Origin: Octopus sinensis | Taxonomy: Eukaryota | Assembly: GCF_006345805.1 (NCBI RefSeq) | Contig: NC_043001.1 | Span: 123,008,001 to 123,072,000 of the forward strand | Length of the DNA: 64,000 nt | Direction of reading: 5' to 3' | Shown here: positions 60,658-64,000 of the stretch, in pieces | Position numbering within the stretch: position 1 is the first letter of the stretch | How the letters are laid out: each line of letters opens with the position of its first letter | Position numbers and translations under genes: made by a program | The notes under the pieces: model-generated | Database searches by the model: none | Seen by the model: the letters and a program-made list of their open reading frames with translations, nothing else | Told to the model about the DNA's origin: nothing

Positions 60658-62432
60658 CATATATACGACAGGCTTCTTTCAGTTTCCGTCGACCAAATCC
60701 ACTCACAAGGCATTGGTCGGCCTGGGGCTATAGCAGTAGACACTTGCCCAAGATGCCACGCAGTGGGACTGAACCCGGAACCATGTGGTTGGTTAGCAAG
60801 CTACTTACCACACAGCCACTCCTGCGCCTACATGTTTGTATGTTTGTATTATTTAAAAAAAATTGTTATATTAATATATTTGTCGGCATGTGTTTACTTT
60901 ATGTGTATTTCCGTATTATGTATATCTGTCATGTATTTGTGCACATCATTAATATATAAGTGCATGTGTGTGTGTGAAAAGGGGGAGTCTGTCTCTAAAA
61001 CTCCAAAACTGAGTAACGTTTTCATGCTTGGATTTGTAAACTACAATAAAAATAACACTGATGAAAAAAGAATTTGTCCCCAAAATATATGAAATGAAAA
61101 ATTTGTAAAAAATACTAACACACAGAAAAAATCACAGAAAAATACTAACACATAGAAGCACAGAAAAATATGTAATATACTTAACACAAAGAAACATTAA
61201 AAGAAAACACGCGGGTGAAAAGAATCTCGTGGTGTGAAGAATCAACATAGAACAACGTGCGGCACACACGGGTGAAGTGAAACACAACACAGCGTGCGGT
61301 TGTCATGGTAACAAGCTGCTAATGTGTGTTGAGTGGCTAAAATTACCCAAATTTCCCAACATTAATTCCAAATAACGCCAGATTCTTTAATCTACTAGAT
61401 AAAGTAATGGTTGATCATAATAAAAATTCAGAGTTGCATCGATACACTAAAATTAAAAGCAATCTGATCAAAATTAAAGGGGAGCTTATTTTGCGAATAA
61501 AACTAACTAGATCCTAGATTTGTTAGTTCACGTTCCAATTTATCTAGCGGTTCGGCAAAATAGACCGATAGGATAAGTACTAGCCCCCGCCTCCACCAAG
61601 TCCTAGGGATCGATTTGTTCAATTAAAACTTCTCAAGGCGGTGCCTCAGCATAGCTGCAGTCAATTGACTGAAACAGATAAAAGATAAAAGATTCGTTGC
61701 TATAATGCAAAAGTGTTGTAAGTCCAAAATGCTGCTTTTTTTTCAGAAAACAGAAAAATATTTTCACTATTCCATAGCCAAACCGTTGAACTACACTTTG
61801 ATAAATTTCGATATCTTGGCATCCGAAGTAGCTGGAGATACGGTAGTTTGACCAAATAAATAAATATTGAAAGAAACGCATTTGGCCAAATTTGGACATA
61901 CGACAGTTTAACACATATAGACGTTTCAGGAAGGGCAATAACTCTAGGTTGTAAAGGGACACAATTCCAATATTTTGTTTTAAAGTATTTCTTCTCAGAA
62001 AATTTTGTGTACTAATTTATTATAAAAAAAATTACTTGTTAGCTATAGTTTTAAGATCTCTTATGTTTCAATTAAATATTCATCAAATGTTTGAAATGTG
62101 GTACAACAACATTTATGGGCAAAACTTCGATTGCGTGATACCTAACTCGTACAGTAAATATTAGATGGCTGTCATTAATAAATATAAGGGAGGTTACTCT
62201 TGGCATAAAAGCAACAAATTGAAAACTTGTAAACTGAAGTATTAAAGTTAAAATTCTATAGCTCGGATTGCAACGAGCAGGTTTTAATTCAAGGATGAAC
62301 ATTAATATTTCACTAACAGAATTAAGACTTTGTGAAGGTTCGTAAATAATGATTTAATATTCCTCGCTATTAATTAGTTGAATTAATCATTCAAGATATC
62401 TTACATTACAAACATAGATAATTTATTAAAGA

Positions 62433-62832
62433 CTAGCAGTATCGCCGGGCGTTGCTCGGGTTTGTAAGGGAAATAACTATATAAGCATTTTTAGAGATGT
62501 AAAGTATAATAGCCATCTCAATATGGCTAACCACAAAGGGGGGTGGGGTGGGGTGTTACTGTAACTTTTTACGTTCTGAGATTTAATAAACTTTTAGAGA
62601 GTTACTTCCCTTATATATGCCAAAAATGCATTAAAATGGGAAAAATTGATGGTAATTTTTTTTTAAATCGTAGACTCATCGTAGACGCGCGCTAATACCC
62701 AGAAGGGCTCAATATGAATCACGACTATAAGATACCCGCTTTTGGTTAAACTGCACCGCAAAATGTGGGAGTAGTTAGGAATCTAAATCGTAGGAGACAG
62801 ACAGCACACAACCTCACTTTTATATATAAAGA
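62433..62832 (-). mobile_element. Complete non-autonomous Helitron
   Basis: Minus strand A|TCTTTATATATA...CCCGAGCAACGCCCGG hairpin...CTAG|T: canonical 5' TC, 3' hairpin plus CTAG, A/T target, no TSD. Confidence 0.85.
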
Positions 62833-62846
62833 TGTGAACATAATAA

Positions 62847-63135
62847 TTATCGCTAGGTCTAACTCATCGTAAAGTCAATACCACCATGACTGATATCCAA
62901 TCTACAGTGGAGAAGGCTAGCCACTGGATTTGGTTAAAAAGAGAAGATGAGCGATGGCTAGAAGGATATTGAGTTTAACTTCATAACCAGCTGATCTAGC
63001 AAGCGGAGCCTCATATCAGTGAGTGGGGTCGGTGCGCATTGATGCCGTCGAGAGGTAGGCCCCGAAACGGCGCGCATTCTCTCCTGATGACCCCATACAC
63101 TTGCTGGCTTCCGGTATACGGAGCTTTTGACTGGT
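62847..63135 (+). mobile_element. 3' fragment of a HERO/RLE-like non-LTR retrotransposon with structured 3' UTR
   Basis: LSLGLTHRKVNTTMTDIQSTVEKASHWIWLKREDERWLEGY* (stop 62970-62972) resembles the EKAS.W.W.KR C-terminus I recall from HERO-type elements. A GC-rich structured UTR follows. Confidence 0.5.
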
Positions 63136-64000
63136 AGCACTTGCATGTGCAAGTTGTTTGCAAGACATCTAGATTATTTTTGTTTTGAGAAGGGATGGGT
63201 AGAAGGGATGTACAAGTTGGTAGATACGTGGTTTTCGATGGATAAAATGTGCTGCAATATTTCTTTGAGCTCTAAGGCAGTGAGCTGGCAGAATCGTCAA
63301 CACACCGGGGGAAATGCTTAGCAGCATTTCGTCCGTCTTTACGTTATGCGTTCAAATACCACCGAGGTCGACTTTGCTTTTCATCCTTTCGGGGTCGATA
63401 AAATAAGTATCAGATGAACGTTGGAATCGATGTAATCGGCTTATCCTCTCCCCTTAAATTGCTGGTCTTATGCCCACATTTGAAACCTATTTATTTATTT
63501 CTGCTCTTTGCATTCTATGTTCAAATCCTGCCAATTATTGCACTTACGAACTTTTTAAACAATTGATGCACGAAATATTTGAAACGTTTTTTTGAAGACT
63601 TCATCTAAAGATTGCAAATGTTGTTCCACTAAGAATCACAGCAACTTTGATTTCATAATTAAGAAGCATTTGCACTGAAATGACGGTAAGAGCTCTGATA
63701 TATAACTTGTAAGTTATATACATGGACGTCTTCCCTACATTTTCTCCACCTAAATTTTCAGCCTTTCTTCATCCATCCAACCTTTATGATGAACATTAAC
63801 AATAATAATAATAATAATAATAATTTTTTTCTTTTGAAAAAAATTATTTTTCATGAGGATAAGGAAATTTTATACAAGCAGTTGTAGACGCTAGACTGAT
63901 GGTATAATAGCTTCTGCATTGTCCAGTTGTTTTGGCTTTTATAGTTTTGGTGCCGTTAGGTTTTATGTAGGGACATCAACAGTAATAGGTACTTTATTCA

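Noticed and set aside
73-63321. Most ORFs in the supplied track
   Set aside because: They are translations of microsatellites, SINEs or AT-rich intron (poly-YI/HT/CV, recurrent [11 protein letters not shown] and [10 protein letters not shown] peptides), not genes.

Overview
AT-rich, microsatellite- and SINE-dense animal genomic DNA. The repeat families look like those of octopus (inference; the species cannot be confirmed from sequence alone). The window holds a nearly complete + strand SUPV3L1/SUV3 mitochondrial RNA helicase gene (11386-43242). I reconstructed 14 of an expected 15 coding exons with consistent splice phases. Intron 1 is GC-AG, and one exon is missing, probably inside the 100-N gap at 41886-41985. 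Head-to-head with it on the - strand is an intronless 59-codon SMIM30-like membrane microprotein ORF (6308-6487), absent from the supplied track, whose shortest entries are 60 aa. The rest is transposon-derived: mariner, Tc1, Tigger, hAT, piggyBac-type and Merlin-type MITEs, Helitrons, CR1, RTE and HERO-like LINE fragments, Penelope-like repeats with hammerhead motifs, and several SINE families. A ~7.2-kb phased A4T4 tract array with higher-order duplications lies at ~46.0-53.2 kb and may be real or an assembly artefact. The most unusual observations are the hidden microprotein, a hammerhead-like motif with non-circularly permuted strand order in a LINE 3' UTR (63019-63100), the periodic A/T array, and interleaved inverted repeats at 9424-9681. 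All alignments were done by eye and homolog comparisons are from memory. Repeat boundaries are approximate unless a TSD is quoted.
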